A stretch of DNA of 62,834 bases. It comes from a virus. Taxonomy: Duplodnaviria; Caudoviricetes. The stretch is from IMG/VR virus record IMGVR_UViG_3300036851_000151, positions 1 through 62,834 of that record. One strand, written 5' to 3'. The notes under the pieces are model-generated. The model searched no databases and was not told where the DNA came from. It was given only the letters and a program-made list of their open reading frames with translations. The translations under genes and the position numbers were made by a program. Below, piece after piece: positions 1 to 8,018 of the stretch. Position 1 is the stretch's first letter. Each line of letters starts with the position of its first letter.

Positions 1-107
1 GCAAATTGCTCAGATGTTAAGCATTTTTTCGTAAGGCAAGCTGATGATGTCGGTGTACATCCTTCCTGTCGCGCTATGCTACCCAGAGAAAAGACAGGGA
101 AATGCCG
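1..107 (+). repeat. Terminal direct repeat / circular overlap (copy 1)
   Basis: Identical to 62706-62812. Confidence 0.95.
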
Positions 108-290
108 GACATTCCAGACACACCCGAAGGGGTAGCCTTTGCTCTCATGAAGGAGATATTGCAGGTCGAGGAAGACTTGCGGACGAACCTTTGCGCTCGA
201 GCTCGAATGCTCGACTTGTTTGCCGAATGCTTGGCCACAGCGAGGGGCGGGCGGATGGTCTGCAGGCGCGCGATAGATCGCGTCCATTAA
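102..290 (+). CDS. Small hypothetical protein, convergent with cro
   Basis: ATG after AGGGA; 62 aa; the divergent copy at the contig end preserves the reading frame (MPKTPDTPE vs MPDIPDTPE). Confidence 0.7.
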   Translation: MPDIPDTPEGVAFALMKEILQVEEDLRTNLCARARMLDLFAECLATARGGRMVCRRAIDRVH

Positions 291-490
291 GCGGCCTCCG
301 TCGCGGGAGCCCAAATGTCGGGACGTATTTGATAGAGCGGTATCGACAGCCGCTCGCTAATCACCAACGCTCGCGCGACCGGGATACGGTTCGCGCGGCG
401 CCAATCGCAAACCGATGAATGGCTGACGCCGGACAGCTTGGCGAGTTCGCCAACGCCTCCAGCCTCGGAAATGATTTCGTCAACGGTCAT
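287..490 (-). CDS. cro: Cro/YdaS-like HTH repressor
   Basis: 67 aa, AGGVGELAKLSGVSHSSVCDW...IRPDIW pattern; divergent from an XRE repressor. Confidence 0.9.
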   Translation of the reverse strand: MTVDEIISEAGGVGELAKLSGVSHSSVCDWRRANRIPVARALVISERLSIPLYQIRPDIWAPATEAA

Positions 491-496
491 GTAGAT

Positions 497-526
497 ATTG
501 TTGGAATATCCTACTCAGAATGTCAA
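497..526 (-). promoter_or_regulatory. PR-like promoter for cro (probably leaderless)
   Basis: TTGACA at 526-521 and AACAAT at 502-497; cro ATG follows after 6 nt; an operator lies in the spacer. Confidence 0.6.
500..514. promoter_or_regulatory. Operator OR-a GTTGGAATATCCTAC
   Basis: Near-perfect GTTGG-N5-CCAAC palindrome between cro and cI. Confidence 0.75.
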
Positions 527-534
527 CCCGAATT

Positions 535-549
535 GTTGGGGCGTCCAAC
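535..549. promoter_or_regulatory. Operator OR-b GTTGGGGCGTCCAAC
   Basis: Perfect GTTGG-N5-CCAAC palindrome. Confidence 0.75.
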
Positions 550-583
550 GCATGGATTTATGCGGCGTGCGATGGTCGCCGGC

Positions 584-937
584 ATGGCAAACGAGACTCT
601 TGGCCAGCGGCTCAGCCGCCTTCGCGCGGATAAATCTGTCGATGAGAAGCGCTCTGTAACCCAGGACGAAGTTGCGGATGCAGTCGGTATTGGCCGCAGC
701 ACTTTGGGCACCATCGAGGCCGACCACGACGTCCCCGGCCTTGCAACCGCGCGGGCTCTTGCCGACTATTACGGCGTGTCGCTCGATTGGCTGGTCACGG
801 GAGAGGGCTACCCACAGCCCACCGCGCTGCAAGAGCGTACCGCTCGCCTCGCCTCGCTATTTGATGCCCTGCCGCCTAGCGAACAGGAAATCGTCGAAAC
901 ACTAGCCCAAAGCCTCTCGCGCCTTCCGAGAAACTAA
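584..937 (+). CDS. cI: CI-like XRE HTH repressor without S24 peptidase domain
   Basis: LGQRLSRLR...TQDEVADAVGIGRSTLGTIE...LADYYGVSLDWLVTG; start could also be 560 or 572. Confidence 0.88.
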   Translation: MANETLGQRLSRLRADKSVDEKRSVTQDEVADAVGIGRSTLGTIEADHDVPGLATARALADYYGVSLDWLVTGEGYPQPTALQERTARLASLFDALPPSEQEIVETLAQSLSRLPRN

Positions 938-1096
938 TCGGCTCGCGGGCGACCAGATGACCCCGCTCCCCGAGCGCGCGGCGGGGCGGCCCCCGTGAGC
1001 GACGGGCGCAACTAGCCGGGTGGACGGCCGCCGTTGGCACGGTTGCCGCCGTGACGAGCCCGGCGCGACCTGCACGATTGGATAGCTACAGTTGGG

Positions 1097-1951
1097 ATGC
1101 CAGCGACGTTCATTGCCACTGCTCCAGCAGCTGTTTTGACGGGAATGAAGATGCAAATCGACGCAAGCGCGAATCAGCTCACCGGGCGACCCGTGATGGT
1201 GTGTTCTTTTCCAAAGGCGGGAACCTATCTCGTCGCCGAACTCCTCAAGGGGATGGGATGCAAGCCTACTGGCCTGCATCTCTTGGTGAATAGGGTCAGT
1301 GACTATAGTTCCGTCTCGATTGATCAAGCGCGCACTCAAAATCAACAACTGACGACCTCGCGCTCATTCGACGAAGTGCTGCCGCTGATCCGGCATGGCC
1401 ATTTTGCAGTTAGTCATTTGGTAGCCGATGAACGCGTGCAGCGAGCGCTTGCCGATTTCCATGTTATTTTTGTTTATCGTGAAATACGGGCGACGTTTCT
1501 TTCTCATATGCGATTCTTTTTGGCAACGGAGCGCAAAACCGCCGGCAAGGACCTGTGGAAAGACCTGCCCGAAGGACCGGAAATGGCCGTTGCAGCATTT
1601 GATGATTTCGGCGCGGCCCATACCAAAATGTGCCAGAGGATGGTAGCTTGGCTCGACGCGCCGGGCGTATTGGCGATCAGTTTTGAAGAATTAATCGGGG
1701 ATTATGGTGAAGCCGCCGCAGTTGGGGCGGCGCGGCGGCTAATTGAATTCTGTGAACCCATCAATAGCGAAATTGACACGGGGATCCTGCTTTCGTCTGC
1801 TATAGCCACGAGAACGCTAAGCTCATCAGGAGCGCGCACCGATGTCGCGCGGTATTGGAGCGATGCCCTTGAAGAGCGCCTTCGAGAGGCTGGCGGTCTA
1901 ACGATCAATCAGCGCCTCGGTTATCCGCCCTCCTGGCGGACCAGTCTTTGA
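1097..1951 (+). CDS. PAPS-dependent sulfotransferase-family protein (moron)
   Basis: 5'-PSB-like motif SFPKAGTYL and 3'-PB-like YREIRATFLS; more AT-rich than flanks; start may be 1145. Confidence 0.75.
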   Translation: MPATFIATAPAAVLTGMKMQIDASANQLTGRPVMVCSFPKAGTYLVAELLKGMGCKPTGLHLLVNRVSDYSSVSIDQARTQNQQLTTSRSFDEVLPLIRHGHFAVSHLVADERVQRALADFHVIFVYREIRATFLSHMRFFLATERKTAGKDLWKDLPEGPEMAVAAFDDFGAAHTKMCQRMVAWLDAPGVLAISFEELIGDYGEAAAVGAARRLIEFCEPINSEIDTGILLSSAIATRTLSSSGARTDVARYWSDALEERLREAGGLTINQRLGYPPSWRTSL

Positions 1952-1979
1952 CAATGCGCCAGCGGGCGCCCGGTCATCA

Positions 1980-2048
1980 GTTGACGCGCTGATCACCGTC
2001 CCCATTGCTCTCGCCGGGCTCATGGGCAAGGGCTTCCGTTGGTTTTGA
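1980..2048 (+). pseudogene. Startless C-terminal remnant of a small membrane protein
   Basis: Reads VDALITVPIALAGLMGKGFRWF*, resembling the ...LAGLMAKGFxW end of common prophage membrane proteins; no nearby in-frame start. Confidence 0.35.
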
Positions 2049-2116
2049 CCTAGAGCACCCCCGGCGCCCGACTAGCCCCGTTCCGGCGGGGGGGGCGGGC
2101 AACCATTCTGGCTAAA

Positions 2117-2131
2117 GTTGGATAATTCAAC
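2117..2131. promoter_or_regulatory. Operator OL-b GTTGGATAATTCAAC
   Basis: Matches the operator consensus; 9 nt upstream of TTGACG. Confidence 0.7.
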
Positions 2132-2140
2132 AGAAACCGC

Positions 2141-2170
2141 TTGACGATCGTCGTTGGCTATACCAACATC
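2141..2170 (+). promoter_or_regulatory. PL-like early promoter containing operator OL-a (2153-2167, GTTGGCTATACCAAC)
   Basis: TTGACG-N6-operator-ATC, the same architecture as PR (TTGACA-N6-operator-AAT). Confidence 0.7.
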
Positions 2171-2179
2171 ATCCCATCG

Positions 2180-2196
2180 GATCGATCGCGCCGCCC
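2180..2196 (+). repeat. GATCGATCGCGCCGCC repeat copy 1 (others at 2774-2789, 2802-2817; partial at 3379-3390)
   Basis: Exact 16-mer matches by inspection; copy 1 is enclosed by the stem CCCATCG/CGATGGG. Confidence 0.85.
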
Positions 2197-2218
2197 TGGC
2201 GCACGATGGGAGATACAG

Positions 2219-2836
2219 ATGCCGGACGCTGCCGCCACTATTACCGTAAAAATCCCGTTCCTCCGCTGGCGCGGCCGCGCCGATCTCGAAATTCAAATCC
2301 CGAGCGACACCGATCCGCAGTGGCATTTGCGGGCTGCGCTCGAAATCGCAAACCGTGACCACGCCCGCCTCGACGGTGCCCGCCTCGTCGGTGCCCGCCT
2401 CGTCGGTGCCCGCCTCGTCGGTGCCCGCCTCGACGGTGCCCGCCTCGACGGCATCCGTAACGATTTTTGGGACGTGCTGTTACGGGCACAGCCGGAAATA
2501 CCAGCGTTGCTTGCCACGCTGCGCGAGGGCCGCATAGACGGCAGTACCTACGACGGCGAATGCGCCTGCCTCGCCGGGACGATCGCCCACGCCCGACATG
2601 TCCCATATGCCCAGCTCGGCTTTGCCGATGCGTCACGGCCTATCGAGCGCTGGTTCCTCGGGATCAGGGTCGGTGACACGCCGGAGAACAGCCAAATCGC
2701 CGCCATCACCGAGCGCTGGATCGTCGAGTTTCCAGTCGCTGATCGGTCAAACGAAATCATCGCCTGGAATTGGGATCGATCGCGCCGCCTAACCACACAC
2801 AGATCGATCGCGCCGCCCGCTGCGGCCGAGAAATGA
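2219..2836 (+). CDS. Pentapeptide-repeat protein (possible frameshift near 2730)
   Basis: Six ARL(D/V)G repeats; RBS GGGAG before ATG 2219; an alternative frame gives ...VEFQSLIG...IDRAA* ending at 2792. Confidence 0.8.
   Translation: MPDAAATITVKIPFLRWRGRADLEIQIPSDTDPQWHLRAALEIANRDHARLDGARLVGARLVGARLVGARLDGARLDGIRNDFWDVLLRAQPEIPALLATLREGRIDGSTYDGECACLAGTIAHARHVPYAQLGFADASRPIERWFLGIRVGDTPENSQIAAITERWIVEFPVADRSNEIIAWNWDRSRRLTTHRSIAPPAAAEK
2363..2452 (+). repeat. 6 x 15-bp tandem repeat GCCCGCCTCG(A/T)CGG(T/C)
   Basis: Directly visible. Confidence 0.95.
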
Positions 2837-2846
2837 GGAAACAGGT

Positions 2847-3362
2847 ATGCCGTTTATTAAGCGCCGGATTTACGTAGCGTCATCCTGGCGCAATTCGTTG
2901 CAGCCTGACGTGGTTGCTGCCCTGCGCGAAGAGGGCCACGAGGTCTACGATTTCCGCAATCCGGCGGCCGGCAATAATGGCTTTGGCTGGCGACAGGTAG
3001 ACGAAGACGCTTCCAATTGGACGCCGCGTCGGTTCGCCGAACTGGTGACATCGCATCCGGTTGCCGCCGAAGGTTTTGCGCTCGACAAGGCAGCGCTCGA
3101 CTGGTGCGACACCTGTGTTCTCGTCTTGCCGTGCGGTCGATCCGCTCACTTAGAAGCCGGCTACGCGTGCGGCCAAGGCAAGCACGTTTTCGTCATGCTT
3201 CACGAAGACAAATTCGAGCCCGAGCTGATGTACCTGCTGGCCAAGGGGATCGGCTGCTCGATCGGCGACATGCTCGTGCACTTCCGATACGCGGACGATA
3301 GCTGCAAGCCGGCGCTCGGGTGGGACAACGTGAAGCCACGCTTCGGCTTGGACGCCGCCTAA
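2847..3362 (+). CDS. Nucleoside 2-deoxyribosyltransferase-like protein
   Basis: IYVASSWRN...CDTCVLVLPCGRSAHLEAGY motif; RBS GAGG. Confidence 0.65.
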   Translation: MPFIKRRIYVASSWRNSLQPDVVAALREEGHEVYDFRNPAAGNNGFGWRQVDEDASNWTPRRFAELVTSHPVAAEGFALDKAALDWCDTCVLVLPCGRSAHLEAGYACGQGKHVFVMLHEDKFEPELMYLLAKGIGCSIGDMLVHFRYADDSCKPALGWDNVKPRFGLDAA

Positions 3363-3430
3363 CACCACCAGAACAACAGATCGCGCCGCCCGCTGGCGGG
3401 TGGGGCGCAGAGGATGACGAGGGCGCAGAG

Positions 3431-3724
3431 ATGACGAAGTGTCCAAAAGTTGGTAGTCGCGTCCGCTTCAAGGGCAACCTCGTGGTTGGCCCGTGCACCG
3501 GAACTGTGCTGCGCATCTATGAGCATGACGAATGGCCGGAATCTTTTCCGACTGGCCTGGCGCCGGAAAGTGATTGGAGTGTCCGGCTCAAGTGCGACAA
3601 GCGCCCGACGCCGTGGTGTTACGGAGATGATTTGGTGTTCGCGCCAAGTGTCAGCGACCTATCGCCACTGAATACCCCACCACCCCGTAACCCGCCGCCG
3701 CGTGCCGCGATGATGGAGAAGTGA
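3431..3724 (+). CDS. Hypothetical protein
   Basis: ATG after a duplicated GGGCGCAGAG; operon packing. Confidence 0.6.
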   Translation: MTKCPKVGSRVRFKGNLVVGPCTGTVLRIYEHDEWPESFPTGLAPESDWSVRLKCDKRPTPWCYGDDLVFAPSVSDLSPLNTPPPRNPPPRAAMMEK

Positions 3725-3725
3725 C

Positions 3726-3968
3726 ATGTCGTTCAAATTCCACCGAGGCGACTACCTGTCGGACCTGATCACCGGGTTTAAGGGTGTGGTTGTCGGTCGA
3801 TCCGATTATCTCACGAGCTGCAACACGTATTGCCTACAGCCGCCGGTCGATCAGGACGGCAAGCATGTCGACGCGCAATGGTTCGACGAGCACAGCCTGG
3901 AATACGATCCGGCACATCTAGGCCAAAAACTGAGCCTGGAGCGCGCCACCGAACAGCCTCCGGGTTGA
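3726..3968 (+). CDS. Conserved phage hypothetical protein
   Basis: D.ITGFKGVV.GR..YLTSC...CLQP...WFDE pattern; RBS GGAG. Confidence 0.75.
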   Translation: MSFKFHRGDYLSDLITGFKGVVVGRSDYLTSCNTYCLQPPVDQDGKHVDAQWFDEHSLEYDPAHLGQKLSLERATEQPPG

Positions 3969-4016
3969 TTAAAGAGCCGCGAGCCGCGAGCCGCGTGCCC
4001 GTCGTGAGGATGTGAG

Positions 4017-4187
4017 ATGTCACAACGAACTGTACGCAAGCTTCACGATCCATGCCGCACCCTAGCCGACGTGCTGGCGGAGATGCGGGCGCGGCTTGAC
4101 ATCGCGGGCGCCGGTGAAGAGCGGCAGTTGCGCCGATGGATCGCCGTCATCGATGCCGAGATCGCGCAGCGGCAGCGGGCGGCGTGA
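4017..4187 (+). CDS. Small hypothetical protein (56 aa)
   Basis: MSQRTVRKLHDPCRTLADVL...QRAA*; GAGG upstream; below the ORF-track cutoff. Confidence 0.5.
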   Translation: MSQRTVRKLHDPCRTLADVLAEMRARLDIAGAGEERQLRRWIAVIDAEIAQRQRAA

Positions 4188-4199
4188 GGGAGAACGGAA

Positions 4200-4826
4200 G
4201 TGGGCATGCGCTTCTCACTGAATTTCAGCCGCGAACATTGGCGCTTGATATTGGCGGCGGTCGATGCGGCCAGGACCAGCATTGGCCAGGATATTCAACT
4301 GAACCGGCCGTCGAGGGCAGGCTTAGAAGCTTTAACGGCCGCAAATGAAGAATACGACCAAATCCGCTCAATTGTCGCTTCCGCTCTCGACGATGCCAGC
4401 AAGGTAACAAAAATGACCATCGACGCAACCACTGCCGACACTATGCCGCGCGACCCGCTCGCGATGGCTGAGACGGCCAACGATCTCATGGTCGAGATCG
4501 GCGATGCCCGCTCCATGCTGGGCCAATGGGCCGCCGGTATCCGCACCCCGAGGATCGCGCGCGAGATGGCGCTGGCATGCCTGCATTCGGCGCGCGAGGG
4601 CATCGACGAGCTGATCCGGGAGTTGGCCGGTCAGCCGCCACCCGCAGCCGATCGATCCATAGCGCCAACCGTATGCCCGCATTGCCGCCTGTTTGTTTCA
4701 AAACGGCGGCTCTTGCCGTTTGGGCGGCTGTCCGATGGGCGGAGATTTCTGATATGCCCCTCGACGCCAGCCTCGCCCAATGCGCCGTCAGGACCGCCCA
4801 CACGCCGACCAGCGACGCCGCGATGA
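4200..4826 (+). CDS. Hypothetical protein (possibly fused ORFs)
   Basis: Long ORF in operon; internal start-like MTIDATT. Confidence 0.5.
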   Translation: MGMRFSLNFSREHWRLILAAVDAARTSIGQDIQLNRPSRAGLEALTAANEEYDQIRSIVASALDDASKVTKMTIDATTADTMPRDPLAMAETANDLMVEIGDARSMLGQWAAGIRTPRIAREMALACLHSAREGIDELIRELAGQPPPAADRSIAPTVCPHCRLFVSKRRLLPFGRLSDGRRFLICPSTPASPNAPSGPPTRRPATPR

Positions 4827-5095
4827 CCGACGCGCTAACCGTGCTTCGCCCCGCCAAGCTCACGCAGGCGACGGTCAAGATACACCGCATCCTCGATCTC
4901 GACCGTATCGGATACCTCCACGACCGGATGCTCGGCGAGCTGTCCGCTCTGCTGACGGAGGCCGGGCAGCCCGAGCTTGCGGCGCGCGTCGATGTCATCG
5001 CGGCTGATGGGTTCGGTGGGGATTTGCGGCCGATCGAGACCGCAGCACGGGAATTGCTGACCAAGCCCAACGTAACAAAAGCGACAGGAGACTGA
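4823..5095 (+). CDS. Hypothetical protein
   Basis: ATGA overlap with the upstream gene. Confidence 0.6.
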   Translation: MTDALTVLRPAKLTQATVKIHRILDLDRIGYLHDRMLGELSALLTEAGQPELAARVDVIAADGFGGDLRPIETAARELLTKPNVTKATGD

Positions 5096-5096
5096 A

Positions 5097-5735
5097 GTGC
5101 CCATCGACCTATCGATCATACCCGTCGAGCGCCTTGCTCTGCTTGACACCGCCATTCTCTTTCATGGCCCGCACCGTGGACAGGGCGGCGGCACCCCCGA
5201 TTGCAAACACTGCGCCCGCGAGCTGCTGATGGAGGTCGTGACGGGGAAGCATGAAGATGCAACTCCGCCGGGCTGCACGACGCTGATGTCGCTCTTGCCG
5301 AGCCTCAACGATGGGCCATGGCGTGACGACGCGCATCGCACCGAAGTCATGCGGCCGTATCTCCGAAAGATGCTGTTGCTCGACCCAGCCAGCGATGAGC
5401 GGCGTGTCTATGCTGTCATCGATCTGGTCTATCGGCAGACGCTGCCGGACAGTTGTGATGCGCTGAAGCTCGACAAGCACGGGTCGGCGCTGCGCGATCT
5501 TGCGCCGATTGTAGATCGGCAATCTGCCCTCGCCGCCCGCGCCGCCCTCGCCGCCCTCGCCGCCCGCGCCGCCCTCGCCGCCCGCGCCTCCCGCGCCGCC
5601 CTCGACGCCCTCGACGCCCTCGACCCCCGCGCCGCCCGCGCCGCCCTCGCCGCCCTCGCCGCCCTCGACGCCCGACCGGCGTCATGGGAGCGAGGGGTCA
5701 AACAGGTTCTTGATCGTATCTGCGAGATCGAGTGA
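5097..5735 (+). CDS. Hypothetical protein with Ala-rich repeat tract
   Basis: RBS AGGAG, GTG start; CARE...LND pattern plus ALA/ARA repeats. Confidence 0.75.
   Translation: MPIDLSIIPVERLALLDTAILFHGPHRGQGGGTPDCKHCARELLMEVVTGKHEDATPPGCTTLMSLLPSLNDGPWRDDAHRTEVMRPYLRKMLLLDPASDERRVYAVIDLVYRQTLPDSCDALKLDKHGSALRDLAPIVDRQSALAARAALAALAARAALAARASRAALDALDALDPRAARAALAALAALDARPASWERGVKQVLDRICEIE
5526..5674 (+). repeat. Degenerate 9-bp tandem repeats (GCCCTCGCC/GCCCGCGCC/GCCCTCGAC)
   Basis: Directly visible. Confidence 0.9.
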
Positions 5736-5808
5736 CGCCGCGCACCCACCCACAAACACCTCGCGCCGTCGCCGTGACGGAGGCCGCACGGGAGAGGAAG
5801 CCGCTGAC

Positions 5809-6060
5809 ATGCTCGACGGAGCCAGGGATTACGATAGCGAAGAGTGCCGCCCGCTCGACCGCGAGCGCCTCGCCCGCATGGCCGAAGCCGGCAACTGGCT
5901 CGCGTGCCCCGCGCGGCGGCGGCGGCGCCATCTCGGCCAGGCCATCGCGCGGTGGATCGCGGCGCTCGCGATAGCGGCGGCCGCGGCGTGGGTGATGTCG
6001 GATTGGGCTACGGCCGCTTTGCTCGACGAGCAGCGGCTCGCGCTTCTGGGGATCAGCTGA
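5809..6060 (+). CDS. Hypothetical membrane protein
   Basis: GAGG RBS; one hydrophobic segment. Confidence 0.55.
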   Translation: MLDGARDYDSEECRPLDRERLARMAEAGNWLACPARRRRRHLGQAIARWIAALAIAAAAAWVMSDWATAALLDEQRLALLGIS

Positions 6061-6563
6061 TGTTGATGCCGCGCTTCACGCTCGACGATCAGATGCGAGC
6101 GCATACCGAGTGGGGAGCCAACTGCGGCCCCGGCGCGATTGCCGCAATTACCGGGCTTACGCTTGACCAGCTGCGGCCGAACATGGGCGATTTCGAGCGG
6201 AAGCGGTACACCAATCCGACGCTCATGTGGGAGGTATTGAACCGGCTCGGCGTGAAATGGCACCGCCTGCGGTTGCCGCTGACGTGGCCGCAGTGGGGCT
6301 TGGCCCGCATCCAGTGGTACGGCCCATGGACTGAACCGGGAGTGCCAGCCCGCGTAGCCTACCGGCACACGCATTGGGTTGGAGCGTGCTCGCGACCCGG
6401 CAACATCGGCATCTTCGATATCAACGCCATCAACAACGGGACCGGCTGGTGCTCGCTCAAAAATTGGGGGGATACGCTGGTGCCGTGGCTGGTCTCCGAG
6501 ACTGAGTCACAAGCCGACGGGCAATGGTCATTGACACACGCCGTCGAGGTCGAGTCGCCATGA
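6060..6563 (+). CDS. Hypothetical protein with papain/C39-like Cys-His motif
   Basis: NCGPGAIA...THWV...IFDIN. Confidence 0.6.
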   Translation: MLMPRFTLDDQMRAHTEWGANCGPGAIAAITGLTLDQLRPNMGDFERKRYTNPTLMWEVLNRLGVKWHRLRLPLTWPQWGLARIQWYGPWTEPGVPARVAYRHTHWVGACSRPGNIGIFDINAINNGTGWCSLKNWGDTLVPWLVSETESQADGQWSLTHAVEVESP

Positions 6564-6823
6564 CGCCCGCCGCCGCCACGCTGGCGAAGCGCGCCGACGA
6601 TGTCGCTCGTCGGGACCGGCGACAGGCTGCGCTGCGGTCCGTTCGCGTGCCTCGCATCCTGTTCGTGCCGGCGGCCGTCCGCAGCGCGGTCTACGACTTG
6701 CTGCACACCGAGATCGGCCGGCTGCACGGGAAAGCGCGGCAGGCGATCAGCGCTGGCCGCCGCCGGGCGCTTGATGCGCGCGCCGATGGGTTGCGGAAGC
6801 TGGCTGACGAGTTGGCCCGATGA
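6560..6823 (+). CDS. Hypothetical protein
   Basis: ATGA overlaps at both ends. Confidence 0.55.
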   Translation: MTPAAATLAKRADDVARRDRRQAALRSVRVPRILFVPAAVRSAVYDLLHTEIGRLHGKARQAISAGRRRALDARADGLRKLADELAR

Positions 6824-7026
6824 TGACATTCCTGCGTTACGCCCTTACCGCCGTAGCGGCCTATCTGCTGCAGCTCGGCATCGATGCGGTTCTGCCGGCC
6901 GATACTGATCGCATGCTGGTGATAGTCGTCGCTGGTGTCGGCGCCATCCTTTGGGCTGCATTTTACGATGCCGTTCACGGCTGGAAATCCGTTCGCGTCG
7001 ATCAGAAAATAGGAGAGCGGCCATGA
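6820..7026 (+). CDS. Small two-TM membrane protein
   Basis: Two hydrophobic segments; ATGA overlaps. Confidence 0.6.
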   Translation: MMTFLRYALTAVAAYLLQLGIDAVLPADTDRMLVIVVAGVGAILWAAFYDAVHGWKSVRVDQKIGERP

Positions 7027-8018
7027 CCCCGGTGACCGGCGTCGTGCGCGGGATGGCGGAGGCGACTGACGAAGAGATCCGGTCGCTGCGGGATTTCGAC
7101 CGCAATGGCGGCATGATCCGAGGCATGCCGATGGCCGACTATCTCGCGATCAAAGCGCTGTCGGCTGGCGGCATATGGGCTTTGGTCGATGAAGCGCCGG
7201 CAAAATACTGGCTGCGCTCACCCTTTAATCCAGACTACCAGCCGGATAATTCCGCGACGTTCGACATTGGAACTGCCGCTCATCTGGCGGTGCTAGAACC
7301 GGCAGCTCTGGCAGCCAGCATTGTAGAAATCGACGCGGATGATTTCCGCACCAAGGCGGCGCAGGCATCACGTGATGACGCTTATGCCGCCGGCAAAACG
7401 CCGCTGCTGCCAAAACACCTCGCTACCGTCAATGCTGTCGCGTTGGCGATCGAGGCTCACCCGGTCGCGCGCGAGGCGTTCCGCGGCGGCGCGCCGGAAG
7501 TCACATTCGTTTGGAACGATCATGCGACAGGCGTCCCGTGCAAATGCCGCGTCGACTATCGCCCCGACGACGGAAGCCATCTTGTCGATCTGAAATCAGC
7601 GGCAAGCGCCAATCCGCGAGAGTGGATCAAGAACGCGGCCCGGCTCGGATACTTCTCCCGCGCCGCATTCTATCTCGACGGCGTAGCGCAGGCGTCTGCC
7701 ATAACGCCGAGCGATTATTGGTTCGTCAATGTCGAGAAAGAGCCGCCTCATCTGATTTCGGTCTGCGCCTTCGAGATCAAGGCCATTGAATTTGGCAGGA
7801 TGATCAACCGTAAGGGGATCGATTTATTCGAGACCTGTATGCGTACGCAGGATTGGCACGGCTATCGCCAGCCTGGCTCAAACCGGGACCGCGCCTTCCG
7901 CGTTTCGCTCCCCGTATGGGCAGAGTACGCCCTCGCCGACCGCGATCAGGCCGGTGAATTCCGTACCAAACTCACAGCTGCCGATGCTCGGCGCTCCCAG
8001 GAATGGTTAGCCCCATGA
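7023..8018 (+). CDS. RecE/ExoVIII-like PD-(D/E)XK exonuclease (DUF3799 type)
   Basis: GTAAHLAVLEP, KCRVDY, VDLKS, YFSRAAFYLDG, FVNVEKEPP. Confidence 0.88.
   Translation: MTPVTGVVRGMAEATDEEIRSLRDFDRNGGMIRGMPMADYLAIKALSAGGIWALVDEAPAKYWLRSPFNPDYQPDNSATFDIGTAAHLAVLEPAALAASIVEIDADDFRTKAAQASRDDAYAAGKTPLLPKHLATVNAVALAIEAHPVAREAFRGGAPEVTFVWNDHATGVPCKCRVDYRPDDGSHLVDLKSAASANPREWIKNAARLGYFSRAAFYLDGVAQASAITPSDYWFVNVEKEPPHLISVCAFEIKAIEFGRMINRKGIDLFETCMRTQDWHGYRQPGSNRDRAFRVSLPVWAEYALADRDQAGEFRTKLTAADARRSQEWLAP

Noticed and set aside
938-1096. GC-rich hairpins after cI as a riboswitch or ncRNA
   Set aside because: Pairing is expected at this GC content and no recognisable conserved motif is present.
2180-3395. 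Repeated 16-mer as a CRISPR array
   Set aside because: Spacing is irregular (28 to ~600 bp) with whole genes between copies; no cas genes.
2786-3460. GCCTAAC at gene ends looks like an integron attC inverse core (RYYYAAC)
   Set aside because: No matching GTTRRRY or attC-like palindrome downstream, and the integrase shows no evident IntI features.
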